DNA of 64,000 nucleotides from an uncultured Thermoleophilia bacterium (GTDB taxonomy: Bacteria; Actinomycetota; Thermoleophilia; UBA2241): contig CAVQXS010000001.1 of assembly GCA_963717965.1 (NCBI GenBank), positions 2,755 through 66,754 on the forward strand, given 5' to 3'. The number at the start of each line of letters is the position of its first letter. Position 1 is the first letter of the stretch. Under the pieces are notes generated by a model. The model did not search any database. It was given only the letters and a program-made list of their open reading frames with translations, and was not told the DNA's origin. This document shows positions 20,839 to 30,508 of this stretch, one piece after another. A program made the position numbers and the translations under genes.

Positions 20839-22130
20839 AGTCTCGAGACGAGGCCGCCGTCGGCGTCGAAGACGAGCGGCGCCGGGTCGTGTACCACGAC
20901 CTCCCCGGCGCTGCTCAGGTGCGGCAGGCAGCCCGGCGACATCTCGAGGCGCTCCATCGCCAAGGTGTTGCGGATGTGGACCAGGCGCAGGTCGTCGGTG
21001 GTGAACGGGCGAAGTGTGGCGAGGGCCGCCGCCAGCGCCTCACGGTCGCTGGCGAAGGTGAGCGGCAACTTGCCGTCTTCGGGGGCGCAGGACGCGAGCG
21101 CGTTGGCGGCCGTCGCCACCAGATCGACGGCGTCGATGAGGCGGCGCGGGGCGACGTCGACGATGCCGAGGCCACACGCGTTGCCCTCGGTGGCGGGCGT
21201 GAGCGAGCGCACCACGATGCGCGTGATGCGCGGCGCCTCGCGCGCCGCCGTCCAGCAGCCGACGGAGCGGCCGATCACGTTGGGGTCCATGCCTGCGCCG
21301 CTCACATCCTTGCCCATCTCGTCGACGAGCAGGACGTCGATGTCGTCGAGCGGCAGCCGCGGCAGCAGCGTCCGGGCCTGCTCGAGCAGGCGGCTCTCCG
21401 TCTGGTCCCACTCCGCCGCCGGCACCACGCGCACGGCGCAGGCCTCGTGGCGCTGGTTTTCGACGATCGCGACGCCGAGGACGACAGTGGTGCGCTCCAG
21501 CAGCGCCCGCGCCGCGGTCGTGACGATGTCGGCCAGCCCGCGCGTGAGCGCATGCCGGTGACAAGACGTAGCGCCCACCTCGTTGCCCAAGCCGATGACG
21601 AGCATCTTCATGAGGCCGCTCTCGTGCGGTCCGACGAAGTCGGTGTGCGGCTTGACGCGGTTGATGAGCACGATGGCATCGGCCCCGGCCGCGAGGCGGT
21701 CCATGACGAGGGGCAGATCGGCCGCCCGTCCGAGGTCGACGACCTCCATGCCGGCGCGCACCGGAGCGCCCACTGAAGCCTCGGTGATGCCGCGCTCGGC
21801 GAGGACGGCGCGCTGGCCCTCAGCCGTGGCGCCCCCGTGTGATCCCATGGCGGGCACGATGAAGGGGCGGCAGCCCGCGGCCCTGAGCTGCGCGACGACG
21901 GCTCTGACGACTTCGGCAAGGCCGGCGATGCCGCGGCTCCCTACGCCGACGGCCACCGAGGCGCCGGCCGGCAACCCGGCGCCGCGCCAGGCCGCGTCCC
22001 ACTGCCGCCGCACCTCGGCCGCCGCGTCGACCGCCGCCGGTACCGCGAAGTGCTGTTCCACGACGTGCATCGGCGGCAACGCGACCTGGGCAGCCTCCGG
22101 CGGCAAGCGGCAGAGCTCGATGCTCGTCAT
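20835..22130 (-). CDS. LarA-like (DUF2088) nickel-pincer-dependent 2-hydroxyacid racemase/epimerase family protein
   Basis: 431 aa from MTSIELCRLPP... with VAVGVGSRGIAG, INRVKPHTDF, GLMKMLVIGLG. The ORF track fuses it with out-of-frame hisC sequence. Confidence 0.7.
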   Translation of the reverse strand: MTSIELCRLPPEAAQVALPPMHVVEQHFAVPAAVDAAAEVRRQWDAAWRGAGLPAGASVAVGVGSRGIAGLAEVVRAVVAQLRAAGCRPFIVPAMGSHGGATAEGQRAVLAERGITEASVGAPVRAGMEVVDLGRAADLPLVMDRLAAGADAIVLINRVKPHTDFVGPHESGLMKMLVIGLGNEVGATSCHRHALTRGLADIVTTAARALLERTTVVLGVAIVENQRHEACAVRVVPAAEWDQTESRLLEQARTLLPRLPLDDIDVLLVDEMGKDVSGAGMDPNVIGRSVGCWTAAREAPRITRIVVRSLTPATEGNACGLGIVDVAPRRLIDAVDLVATAANALASCAPEDGKLPLTFASDREALAAALATLRPFTTDDLRLVHIRNTLAMERLEMSPGCLPHLSSAGEVVVHDPAPLVFDADGGLVSRL

Positions 22131-23233
22131 GACAGTTCGGCGCGGAGCGCCTGGAGGAATCGCTCGTTCTGCGCCGGCGTCCCCACCGTGACGCGCAGGT
22201 GAGTGTCGAGTCCCCACCCCGAGGTGGAGCGCACGATGACGCCGCGCCGCAGGAGCCGCTCGAACAGGTCGTCGCCGTCCTGCTTGACGTCCACGAGCAC
22301 GAAGTTGGCCTGGCTCGGGACCGGTGTCAGGCCCATGTCCGTGAAGGCCACCGACAGCAGCTCGCGGCCGTGGCGGTTCTGCTCCATGCAATGGCTGGTC
22401 CACGCCGTGTCCGCCAGGGCCGCCGGACCCGCCGCCACGGAAAGCCGGTTCAGGTTGAACGGCTCCTTGATCGAGTCCAGCAACTGCCGCACGGGCGCGG
22501 CCATGATGCCGTAGCCGAGGCGGAGCCCGGCGAGCCCGTGCACCTTGGAGAAGGTCCTCAGGACGATGACGTTGTCGTGCCCCGCCTTGAGGTAATCGAG
22601 AGCGTCGGGGTACTCGGGGTCGTCGGCGTACTCCATGTACGCCTGATCGAACACTACCGCCACAGTGCGAGGCACGGCATCCAGGAAGCGCTCGATCTCG
22701 CCGCGCCCCACGACTGTGCCGGTGGGGTTGTTGGGGTTGCAGATCCAGACGATGCGCGTGCGATCGGTCACGGCGTCCGCCATCGCCTCCAGGTCGAAGC
22801 GCAGGTCGCGCAGCGGCACCTCCACGAGCTGCGCTCCCATGAGCTTGCTGGCTTCTGCGTACCGCACGTAGGTCGTGTCCGCCAGCACGACCTCGTCGCC
22901 CGGGCACAGGCAGAACTGAGGGATGATCTGAATGATCGTCTCCGAGCCGTGGCCCACGCAGATGTTCTCCGCCGCGACCCCGTTGGCGGCGGCGAGGGTC
23001 TCCTTCAGGTCGATGAAGCTCTTCTCGGGATACATGGCCAGCTTGGGGAGCGCGGCCGTGATCGCCTCGAGCACCCGGGGCGACGGCCCCCAGGGATTCT
23101 CGTTCGACGAGAGCTTGACGACCTCGTCGATGCCGAGCTCTCGCCGCACCTCCTCGGCGGTCTTGCCGGCCTTGTACTCCACCAGCGTGAGCACGGGCGG
23201 GCGGCAGATGCTCTCCAGACCTTGCCGCATCAT
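22127..23233 (-). CDS. Histidinol-phosphate-aminotransferase-family (class II) aminotransferase
   Basis: 368 aa with LSSNENPWGP, CNPNNPTG, and LRTFSKVHGLAGLRLGY carrying the PLP lysine. Confidence 0.85.
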   Translation of the reverse strand: MMRQGLESICRPPVLTLVEYKAGKTAEEVRRELGIDEVVKLSSNENPWGPSPRVLEAITAALPKLAMYPEKSFIDLKETLAAANGVAAENICVGHGSETIIQIIPQFCLCPGDEVVLADTTYVRYAEASKLMGAQLVEVPLRDLRFDLEAMADAVTDRTRIVWICNPNNPTGTVVGRGEIERFLDAVPRTVAVVFDQAYMEYADDPEYPDALDYLKAGHDNVIVLRTFSKVHGLAGLRLGYGIMAAPVRQLLDSIKEPFNLNRLSVAAGPAALADTAWTSHCMEQNRHGRELLSVAFTDMGLTPVPSQANFVLVDVKQDGDDLFERLLRRGVIVRSTSGWGLDTHLRVTVGTPAQNERFLQALRAELS

Positions 23234-23814
23234 TGGTCTCCCTCCGTGGCGCGGCGTGCGCCGCCGCGCGGCGCCATGCGCGCCGCGTGTTCGCCGGGAG
23301 CGCCCGTCTCCGTCTCCGTCCGCGACCCCAACGCCTCGCCCTCCCACTTGTAGTTGAACTTCTCGGTGCGCATCACCATCCAGGTCTCCGCCGACGCGAC
23401 ACCCTCGATGGTCGAGACCTCCTCGGTGACGAACTGGAAGAGGTGGTCGTTGTCCCGGAGAAACGCCTCGACCTGGATATCGTAGGAGCCGATCAGGTAG
23501 CCGACGTAGGCCACGTTCTCCATCGCCGCGATCTGCTCCCCGATCTCGCGGACGTCGCGGCCGGACACCTTGAGGCCGATCACTGCGTCCACCGGAAAGC
23601 CGATCGCCGCCGGATTAACGCGTACCGTCACATAGGCGGCGCCGCTGTCGACGATGCGGTCGAGCCGCTGGCGGACCGTCGGTTGCGACACGCCGACGGC
23701 ACGTGCGATGTCCGCATTTGAACGCCTGCCATCTTCGCGGAGCAGGCGTAGAATAGCCCGATCCAGATCATCGAGCGTGATGCTGCCGAACGGGGCGGAA
23801 CCCTGACGTATCAT
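23230..23814 (-). CDS. Lrp/AsnC-family transcriptional regulator
   Basis: HTH LDRAILRLLREDGRRSNADIARAVGVSQPTVRQRLDRI plus a C-terminal ligand domain. ATGA overlap with the aminotransferase start. Confidence 0.85.
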   Translation of the reverse strand: MIRQGSAPFGSITLDDLDRAILRLLREDGRRSNADIARAVGVSQPTVRQRLDRIVDSGAAYVTVRVNPAAIGFPVDAVIGLKVSGRDVREIGEQIAAMENVAYVGYLIGSYDIQVEAFLRDNDHLFQFVTEEVSTIEGVASAETWMVMRTEKFNYKWEGEALGSRTETETGAPGEHAARMAPRGGARRATEGDQ

Positions 23815-24008
23815 CGCCTCTCCGTTGGTTGCCGATGCGCGAAGTCTATACGGGAAGTATCTGCATGATTCAAGTGTACCAGCGGATTCTACTTTACGAA
23901 TGATTATGATTTCCGTTGACAGACTTACACTGTGCAAGGGAATGGCCGAGGGCGGCCTCGAGTGGGGACGCCGTGGGCACCATCAAGTCGGACAGGGGGA
24001 GCGCGAGC

Positions 24009-25612
24009 ATGACCGACGATCGTGGCATATCGAGGCGGTCCTTTGTGAAGGGGGCTGCCGCGCTCTGCGGCGCAGCCGCCTGGGCAGCCCCATCCTCTCG
24101 GCCTGTGGGGGCAGCGACTCGACGAGCTCCGCGAGCCCGTCGGCGGCCGAGTCGCCCAAGAGGGGCGGCCACATCCGCTCCGGCGTCACGGGTGGCAGCA
24201 CCAAAGACTCGCTGGACGTGGCCGTCGCCTACCTCACCGAGCCGCAGATCGCGATGTCGTGGCAGTTGTACGACGCGCTGCTGGGCTTCGACCCGGAGCA
24301 CAAGCTGATCAACCTGCTGGCCGAGTCCTGGGAGGCCAACAGCGACGCCACCCAGTACACCGTGAAGCTCAAGCAGGGCCTCGAGTTCCACAACGGCAAG
24401 ACGGTGACCGCCGACGATGTGGTCTTCACCTACGAGCGCGTCTTGAACCCCAAGACCGCCGCCGCCGGCGTCGACCAGCTACGCGATCTGAGCCCCGGCA
24501 ACGTCAAGAAGCTCGACGACCTCACGGTCCGCTTCACGCTGGACAGGCCCAACGCGGTCTTCTGGGAGGCGCTCGCCTTCTTCCCCAACGGCATCGTGCC
24601 GGTGGGCTATGACCCCAAGCCGAACGGCGAGGGCTGCATCGGCACGGGGCCGTGGATCATCACCAGCTACCGCGCGGGCGAGCAGGCGGACTTCAAGCCC
24701 AACCCCAACTACTGGGACGTCGGGCCGTACGCGGACGCGCTCACCATGGTCCAGTTCGCCGACTCCACGGCGCGTCTCAACGCGCTGCTGGGCGACACCG
24801 TCGACCACATCGACCTCGTCGAGTCCGGACAGACGAAGGTCATCACGAGCAACCCGGAGTTCACGCTGCTGCAAGCCAAGTCGGGCGGCTGGGAGCCCAT
24901 CACCATGCGCATCGACCAGAAGCCCTTCGACGACGTGCGCGTGCGCCAGGCCTTCCGGCTCATCGCCGACCGCCAGCAGATGATCGACCAGGCGCTGGCC
25001 GGGTACGGCTGGCTGGGCAACGACATGTACGGCCAGCTCGACCCCGGCTACCCGCACGACCTGCCGCAACGCACGCAGGACATCGAGCAGGCCAAGTCAC
25101 TGCTCAAGCAGGCCGGCTACGACAACAACCTCACCGTGGTGTTCAACACCTCGGACGCGGTCGGCGCGGGCCAGGTGTCCGCCGCTCAGGTGTTCTCCGA
25201 GCAGGCCAAGCTGGCCGGTGTCACCATCGAGGTCAAGAAGCTGGACGCCGCCATATTCTACGGCGACAACTACGGGCAGTGGACGCTCGCCCAGGATTAC
25301 TGGGGCACACGCAACTACCTGCCGCAGACCACGCTCATCACTCAGCCCAAGGCGCCGTACAACGAGACCCACTGGAAGGACGCCGAGTGGCAGGCCATCG
25401 TCGACGAGGCGTTCAGGACGGTGGACGAGACCAAGCGCAACGAGCTGGTGAGCGCGGCCAACAAGATCGAGTACGATCGCGGCGGCCTGCTCGTGTGGCA
25501 GAGCAACGTGCTGCTGGACGCCTACAGCAACAAGCTCGGCGGTGTCATCGCCGATACGTGGGGCCAGTCCGCCTGCAAGAACCGCTACAACCTGATGTAC
25601 TTCAAAGCGTAG
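24009..25612 (+). CDS. ABC-transporter substrate-binding lipoprotein, family 5 (peptide/nickel/opine type); one frame change near 24080
   Basis: Twin-arginine start MTDDRGISRRSFVKGAAAL is in one frame. Lipobox ILSACGG and the family-5 body (LVESWEAN-like LAESWEANSDATQYTVKLKQGLEFHNGK) are in the next frame. Confidence 0.8.
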
Positions 25613-25635
25613 GGCGGGCTGAGATCGAGAAGGAC

Positions 25636-25667
25636 GGGGGCGGCGCCGCGACAGCGGCGCCGCCCCC
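25636..25667. terminator. GC-rich hairpin between convergent genes (bidirectional intrinsic terminator candidate)
   Basis: gggggcggcgccgc-gaca-gcggcgccgccccc, a perfect 14-bp stem followed by ttgcgtt. Confidence 0.6.
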
Positions 25668-25738
25668 TTGCGTTCGAGAACCAGCAGGCGCCGCTGCCAC
25701 TGAGCGGTGCACCTTCGGCGCCCCGCTCGTTGGCGAAG

Positions 25739-27061
25739 CTACGCTGGCCAATCGCGGGCCATGGCGTCGAGGTGCGTCGCCAGCCGCGGGCCGTGCTTGG
25801 GGATGCCCAGCTTTCGCCGGATGTTGGCGCGGTGGAAGGCGACGGCAGCTCTGCTCACGTGCAGCGCCTCGGCGATCTCCGCGCTCGTTCGGCCGCGGCG
25901 CACGAGGTCGGCGACTTCCCTCTCGCGGCGGGTCAGCGCCGGGCCGCCGCCACCTTCGGCCAGCCGCTGCCCGAAGGGACCGACGATCTCGCGGAGGTTC
26001 GCGCGCAGGGCGTCGATCTCGAGCCGCTCCGGCCGGTGGCGGAAGGAGCGGCTCAGGCGCTCCAGCGTCGGCTCGATGAGCTGGTCGACGTTCGAGACGA
26101 TCCGCTGCTCCAGCTCCCGCTGATCCTGCTCGCGCTGCTCGAGCAGCACCTTGAGCGCCGCGTTGCGCTCGTCGAGGATGGTCGCCTGACGGCGCAGCGC
26201 ACGCTCTGAGCGGGCCAGCGCCTCCTGCATCGCCTTCTGCTCCGTGATGTCGGCGCCGAGCAGGAAACAGCCACGGCCGCCGGAGATGCGCGTCGGCATG
26301 ATGCTGAGCAGCAGGTACCGTGTGGCCCCCTGGACATCGCAGGAGACTTCACGCTCGCCCCATTCCGCGCCGTCCCCCCGGGCGATAGCCTGGATGACGG
26401 CCTCGGGGAAGTCGTCGGCCACGCCCTTGGCGAGCATCTCCTCTCGCGTCCGCCTGAAGAAGGCGAGCGCATGCACGTCGGCGTCGACGTAGGCGCCGTG
26501 CTCGTCCACCTGCATGGCCGGGCTGGGGAGACCGAAGAGGACGCGGCGCAGCTCGTCCGCTTCGCGGCGGACCGCCTGGGTCGCGCGCTCCCGGGTGACG
26601 TCCCGTATCGCGCCGATCATGTTCGTTGCCCGGCCGCCCCGATTCGTGAGCAGCACGCCCTGGTCGGTCACGGTGGCCCAGGAGCCGTCGCCACGGCGCA
26701 GACGGTACTCACAGGTGAACGGCAGCCCGTCCAGGATGCTGTGCGACAAGGCCTCCATCGTCGCATCGTGATCGTCCAGGTGGATGCGCTCGAGCCACCC
26801 TTCGATGCTGCGTGGGAAGCTGCCCACGGGCAGGTCGAGCATCTCGTCGATCCGGTCGGTGAAGGCAATCGCCCCGGTCTCGATGTTCCAGTCGTAGAGC
26901 ACGTCGAAGGTCACGTCGAGGAAGGCCTGCAGGCGCTTGTCGCGGGCGGTGATGGGCGGCTGCACCTGGGTACCCGCGTAACCGGGCGACGCGACCGAGA
27001 CGTCGGCGTCTCTGGCCGGCAGGACGTGGCGAAGCGGCGGAGGGATCCTGAAGCTAGGCAT
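25739..27061 (-). CDS. PAS-domain LuxR-family transcriptional regulator
   Basis: 440 aa with two PAS-like segments, a coiled region, and C-terminal LTRREREVADLVRRGRTSAEIAEALHVSRAAVAFHRANIRRKLG. Confidence 0.8.
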   Translation of the reverse strand: MPSFRIPPPLRHVLPARDADVSVASPGYAGTQVQPPITARDKRLQAFLDVTFDVLYDWNIETGAIAFTDRIDEMLDLPVGSFPRSIEGWLERIHLDDHDATMEALSHSILDGLPFTCEYRLRRGDGSWATVTDQGVLLTNRGGRATNMIGAIRDVTRERATQAVRREADELRRVLFGLPSPAMQVDEHGAYVDADVHALAFFRRTREEMLAKGVADDFPEAVIQAIARGDGAEWGEREVSCDVQGATRYLLLSIMPTRISGGRGCFLLGADITEQKAMQEALARSERALRRQATILDERNAALKVLLEQREQDQRELEQRIVSNVDQLIEPTLERLSRSFRHRPERLEIDALRANLREIVGPFGQRLAEGGGGPALTRREREVADLVRRGRTSAEIAEALHVSRAAVAFHRANIRRKLGIPKHGPRLATHLDAMARDWPA

Positions 27062-27339
27062 TACCTGTCAATAGCCTCTTATTCTCCTCGTCTTGTTCGC
27101 AGGCATTCAACAACTAGAGTCGGCGTGAGTCAATGAGTCCGCGCCTCGAAGCGCGAGGCTTCATATCCAGACTCACTCGCCGGGTCGTGACGGCCGCGCG
27201 CCCGGCGCGTTCTGGTCGCGACGAAGGAGGGGGCGACTGGAAGACCGTCCGCAGCCGGCGCCGCGCCGGCGCTATCCCACGCCGTCCGGTGCTCGGGTGC
27301 ACCACCACCGCACGATCGGTCCGATCGAGGGAGGTAGAG

Positions 27340-27687
27340 ATGGAATTCCACCACGTGGCGGCGGCCGACATCGCCACGACCCCGCTCGATGTCGGCGAAG
27401 AGAGCCGGCTGAGCCTTGTCGACATCATCGACCGGGCGCAGGGAGCGCCATTCACCGCCGGGATCTGCGAGGTGTTCCCCGGCGCTCCCGTGGACTTCGA
27501 CTACGACGACGACGCAGCGGTGTGCCTCATGCTCGAGGGCGAGATCACGCTGACCGAGAATGGCGCGTCGCAGCCGTTCCTGCCCGGCGACGTCGTCTAC
27601 ATCCCGCAGAAGAAGGGACTGGTCGTCTTCTTCAGCGCGACGACCTACGGGCGCTTCTTCTACGTCACCTATCCGCACTGGAGGTGA
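27340..27687 (+). CDS. Cupin-domain protein (EutQ/DUF861-like)
   Basis: 115 aa from MEFHHVAAADIATTPL... with GICEVFPG and YIPQKKG. GGGAGG lies upstream of the ATG. Confidence 0.7.
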   Translation: MEFHHVAAADIATTPLDVGEESRLSLVDIIDRAQGAPFTAGICEVFPGAPVDFDYDDDAAVCLMLEGEITLTENGASQPFLPGDVVYIPQKKGLVVFFSATTYGRFFYVTYPHWR

Positions 27688-27690
27688 GCA

Positions 27691-29355
27691 GTGGCACCGG
27701 AACCTGAGCACCACCGGCACCTGTTCCACGACGAGATGGACGCCCAGCACAAGCGGGACACGGAGCAGCTGGCCAAGTTCGGCTATAACCAGGACCTGCG
27801 ACGCTCCCTGGGCTTCTTCTCTACGTTCGCCATCGCGTTCAGCTTCATCTCGGCGACCAACGGCTTCTACGCACTCTTCTACTACGGCCTCGATATCGGC
27901 GGCCCCGCCGGCCTTATCTGGCAGTGGCCGATCATCGTCTTCGGCCAGTTCATGGTGGCCCTCGTCTTCGCCGAGGCGGCCTCGCACTATCCGCTCGCCG
28001 GCGGCATCTACCAGTGGGCCAAGCGCTTCATGGGCGGCGACTACGGCTGGTGGGTCGCCTGGGTCTTCGCCACCGCGCTCGTGGTCACGGTCGCGGCCGT
28101 CGCCTTCGGCGTGGCGCCGATCGTCTGCTCCCTCATGGGCTGGGATGCGAGCAACACGACGACACTGCTCTGGATCGCGGTCGCCTTCGCCCTCGGGCCG
28201 ATGGTGCTGAACGTCCTCAGCGTCAAGGTCACGGCCTTCTTCAACAACATCGGGACGGTGACCGAGATCATCGGGCTCGTGGTGATCTCCATCGCGCTGT
28301 ACGCCGCGGTCCTCTTCGGCAAGGGCGATCATCAGAGTCTGGGCGTGCTGTTCGACACGACGCCGGGCGCCGGATCGGGCGCGCTCTTCGGCTACGGCAG
28401 CATCTTCCTCGCCTCGATGCTCACCGGGGCCTGGGTGCTGTACGGCTTCGACACCGCCGGGGGGCTCGCGGAAGAGACGATCAACCCGACCCGTGAGGTG
28501 CCTCGCGCCATGCTGTTCGCGATCGGCATCACCGCGGTCATCAGCGCCTTCTGGCTGGTATCGATGGTCCTCGCCATCCCGGACGTCGCCAAGACGCAGG
28601 CGGAGGGGACGGGGGCGATCGCGTACATCTTCGACGCGCACTTCCCGATCTGGGTCACGGACACCTTCCTGGTCACCGTGTGCATCGCCATCTTCGTCTG
28701 CTGCCTGGCGATCCAGGCGGCGACGTCGCGGCTGCTGTTCGCCTTCGGCCGCGACAAGATGATCCCCGCCTCCAAATTCTTCGGCTACGTGCACCCGAGC
28801 ACCAAGACTCCGCTGGCCTCGGCGGTCTTCGTCGCCGTTGCGGCGATCGCCGTGCTGCTGTACGTGAACCTCGGCGGCAGCGACCCGTTCATCGCCATCG
28901 CCCGCGTCACCGCCTGGGCTACGGCCGGTACCTACATCGCCTACCAGATGGTGGTGCTGGGCGGCCTCATCGCGCGGGGCAGGGGCTGGCCGAAGGACAG
29001 GGCCTACTTCAACCTTGGCAAGTGGGGCTGGCCGGTCAACATCATCGCCCTCGTCTACGGCGTCTTCATGATCATCAACCTGGTGTGGCCGCGGACGCCT
29101 GACGCCGCGTGGTACGACAACTACCTCGTCGTCGTCTCCCTCGTCGTCGTGGTCATCGTCGGCGCCATCATCTACGTGATCCAGAAGGCCCGCGGTGTCG
29201 ACCTCAGTGCGACCATCCACGAGATCGACGAGTCGCCGGCCGAGGCCGGAGGCATGGCGGCCATGTCGGCGGGTGAGGCCGGCACGGTCGTGCCCGGCGC
29301 CGTCAGCGAGATGAGCACCGAGCGTCCGCCGGAAGGAGGCGCGCCGCTGACCTGA
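27691..29355 (+). CDS. APC-superfamily permease (amino acid/choline-type)
   Basis: 554 aa with about 12 TM helices and N-terminal LRRSLGFFSTFAIAFSFISATNG...AEAASHYPLAGGIYQW. Confidence 0.85.
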   Translation: MAPEPEHHRHLFHDEMDAQHKRDTEQLAKFGYNQDLRRSLGFFSTFAIAFSFISATNGFYALFYYGLDIGGPAGLIWQWPIIVFGQFMVALVFAEAASHYPLAGGIYQWAKRFMGGDYGWWVAWVFATALVVTVAAVAFGVAPIVCSLMGWDASNTTTLLWIAVAFALGPMVLNVLSVKVTAFFNNIGTVTEIIGLVVISIALYAAVLFGKGDHQSLGVLFDTTPGAGSGALFGYGSIFLASMLTGAWVLYGFDTAGGLAEETINPTREVPRAMLFAIGITAVISAFWLVSMVLAIPDVAKTQAEGTGAIAYIFDAHFPIWVTDTFLVTVCIAIFVCCLAIQAATSRLLFAFGRDKMIPASKFFGYVHPSTKTPLASAVFVAVAAIAVLLYVNLGGSDPFIAIARVTAWATAGTYIAYQMVVLGGLIARGRGWPKDRAYFNLGKWGWPVNIIALVYGVFMIINLVWPRTPDAAWYDNYLVVVSLVVVVIVGAIIYVIQKARGVDLSATIHEIDESPAEAGGMAAMSAGEAGTVVPGAVSEMSTERPPEGGAPLT

Positions 29356-29401
29356 GACACGCAGACGACGCCAGGGGCTCGAGCGACGAGCTCTCCGGAG
29401 C

Positions 29402-29440
29402 GGGCGGGGCGGGCGGCCGAAAGGGCCGCCCGCCCCGCCC
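29402..29440 (+). terminator. Intrinsic terminator candidate after the permease
   Basis: gggcggggcgggcggcc-gaaag-ggccgcccgccccgccc followed by tcgtttcg. Confidence 0.6.
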
Positions 29441-29496
29441 TCGTTTCGAGATGGGAACACTCGGGGTTGAACGCGACCACGAGCGTGAGGAAAACG

Positions 29497-30207
29497 ATGG
29501 CGAACGACGACGACGGGAGGCCTGTGCAGGGCTCCGACCACGAGCCGCCGTATGGCGGCATGCGCTACACGCGCCGCCGCGTGCTCATCCTCGGCGGCTC
29601 GCTCGTCGCCGGCGCCGCCGCCGTGTTCGCCGGCATCCGCGCCTTCGGAGGGACGGCCGCGACCAAAGTGACGGACACGATCAGCGACCAGTTCGGCCCC
29701 TTCCCGGTGCGCAGCGTCGAGGATGTGCCCGTCGTGCCTGCCGAACAGTGGGTGATCAAGGTCGACGGGCTGGTCGAGACGCCGCTCACCGTCGATCACG
29801 CCGCGTGGACGGGCTTTGAGCGGCTCACGGAGACGGTCGACTTCCACTGCGTCGAGGGCTGGTCCGTCGACGATGTGCGCTGGGGCGGAGTCGCGCCATC
29901 GGTGCTGCTCGACCAGGCCGGCGTGCGGCCGGAGGCGCAGTACGCGGTCTTCTACGCCTACGGCGGGACCTACCTGAGCACGGTACCGCTCGACCTCGTC
30001 CGCGACGCCCAGACGGTGCTCGCCGACTCCCTGAACGGCCAGCCTCTTCCGGCCAAGCACGGCGGGCCGCTGCGTCTCGTCGTGCCCGATCAGCTCGGCT
30101 ACAAGAGCGTCAAGTGGGTCGAGCGCATCGAGCTCACGGACTCGATCCGGGCCGGGTACTGGGAGGAGCGGGGCTACCCGGAGGCCGCGCCGATTCCGGG
30201 AGGGTGA
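29497..30207 (+). CDS. Sulfite-oxidase-family molybdopterin-binding oxidoreductase with twin-arginine signal
   Basis: YTRRRVLILGGSLVAGAAA, then FHCVEGWSV and GGPLRLVVPDQLGYKSVKWV. The start choice (MANDDDG) is uncertain. Confidence 0.75.
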   Translation: MANDDDGRPVQGSDHEPPYGGMRYTRRRVLILGGSLVAGAAAVFAGIRAFGGTAATKVTDTISDQFGPFPVRSVEDVPVVPAEQWVIKVDGLVETPLTVDHAAWTGFERLTETVDFHCVEGWSVDDVRWGGVAPSVLLDQAGVRPEAQYAVFYAYGGTYLSTVPLDLVRDAQTVLADSLNGQPLPAKHGGPLRLVVPDQLGYKSVKWVERIELTDSIRAGYWEERGYPEAAPIPGG

Positions 30208-30251
30208 CGCCGGCCGGTATCGGAGCGCTGGGGCGACGCAGGCGGCGCTGC

Positions 30252-30491
30252 TCAGATCACGCCGGTGATCAGCAGCACCAGCACGACCAGGACGATCACG
30301 GCGACCACGAGCGCCAGGACCAGCCAGCCTGTCGCGCCGGACCCTTCGCGCGGCGCCTTCCAGCTCGGCTCGTTCTCGTGGTCGTGAAGTTGCTCCGCCG
30401 AGAGCCAGAGCCGCTCCGAGCGCTGGGGTCCGATTGTGCCGCGATTCGGGTGCGAGTCCTTCTCCGGGGGCGGTGGTGTGCCGCTCGACAT
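30252..30491 (-). CDS. Small hypothetical membrane protein
   Basis: 79 aa from MSSGTPPPPEKDSH... with C-terminal TM WLVLALVVAVIVLVVLVLLITGVI. GGAGGGAG lies before the ATG. Confidence 0.4.
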   Translation of the reverse strand: MSSGTPPPPEKDSHPNRGTIGPQRSERLWLSAEQLHDHENEPSWKAPREGSGATGWLVLALVVAVIVLVVLVLLITGVI

Positions 30492-30508
30492 GCTCCCTCC
30501 TTCGCCGG

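Noticed and set aside
27182-27191. gggtcgtgac, matching the 5' string of the ZTP (pfl) riboswitch as I recall it
   Set aside because: The matching P1 partner and the CCGCCUGGGC 3' element are not present downstream. The regulated genes (cupin, permease) are also not a ZTP-type regulon.
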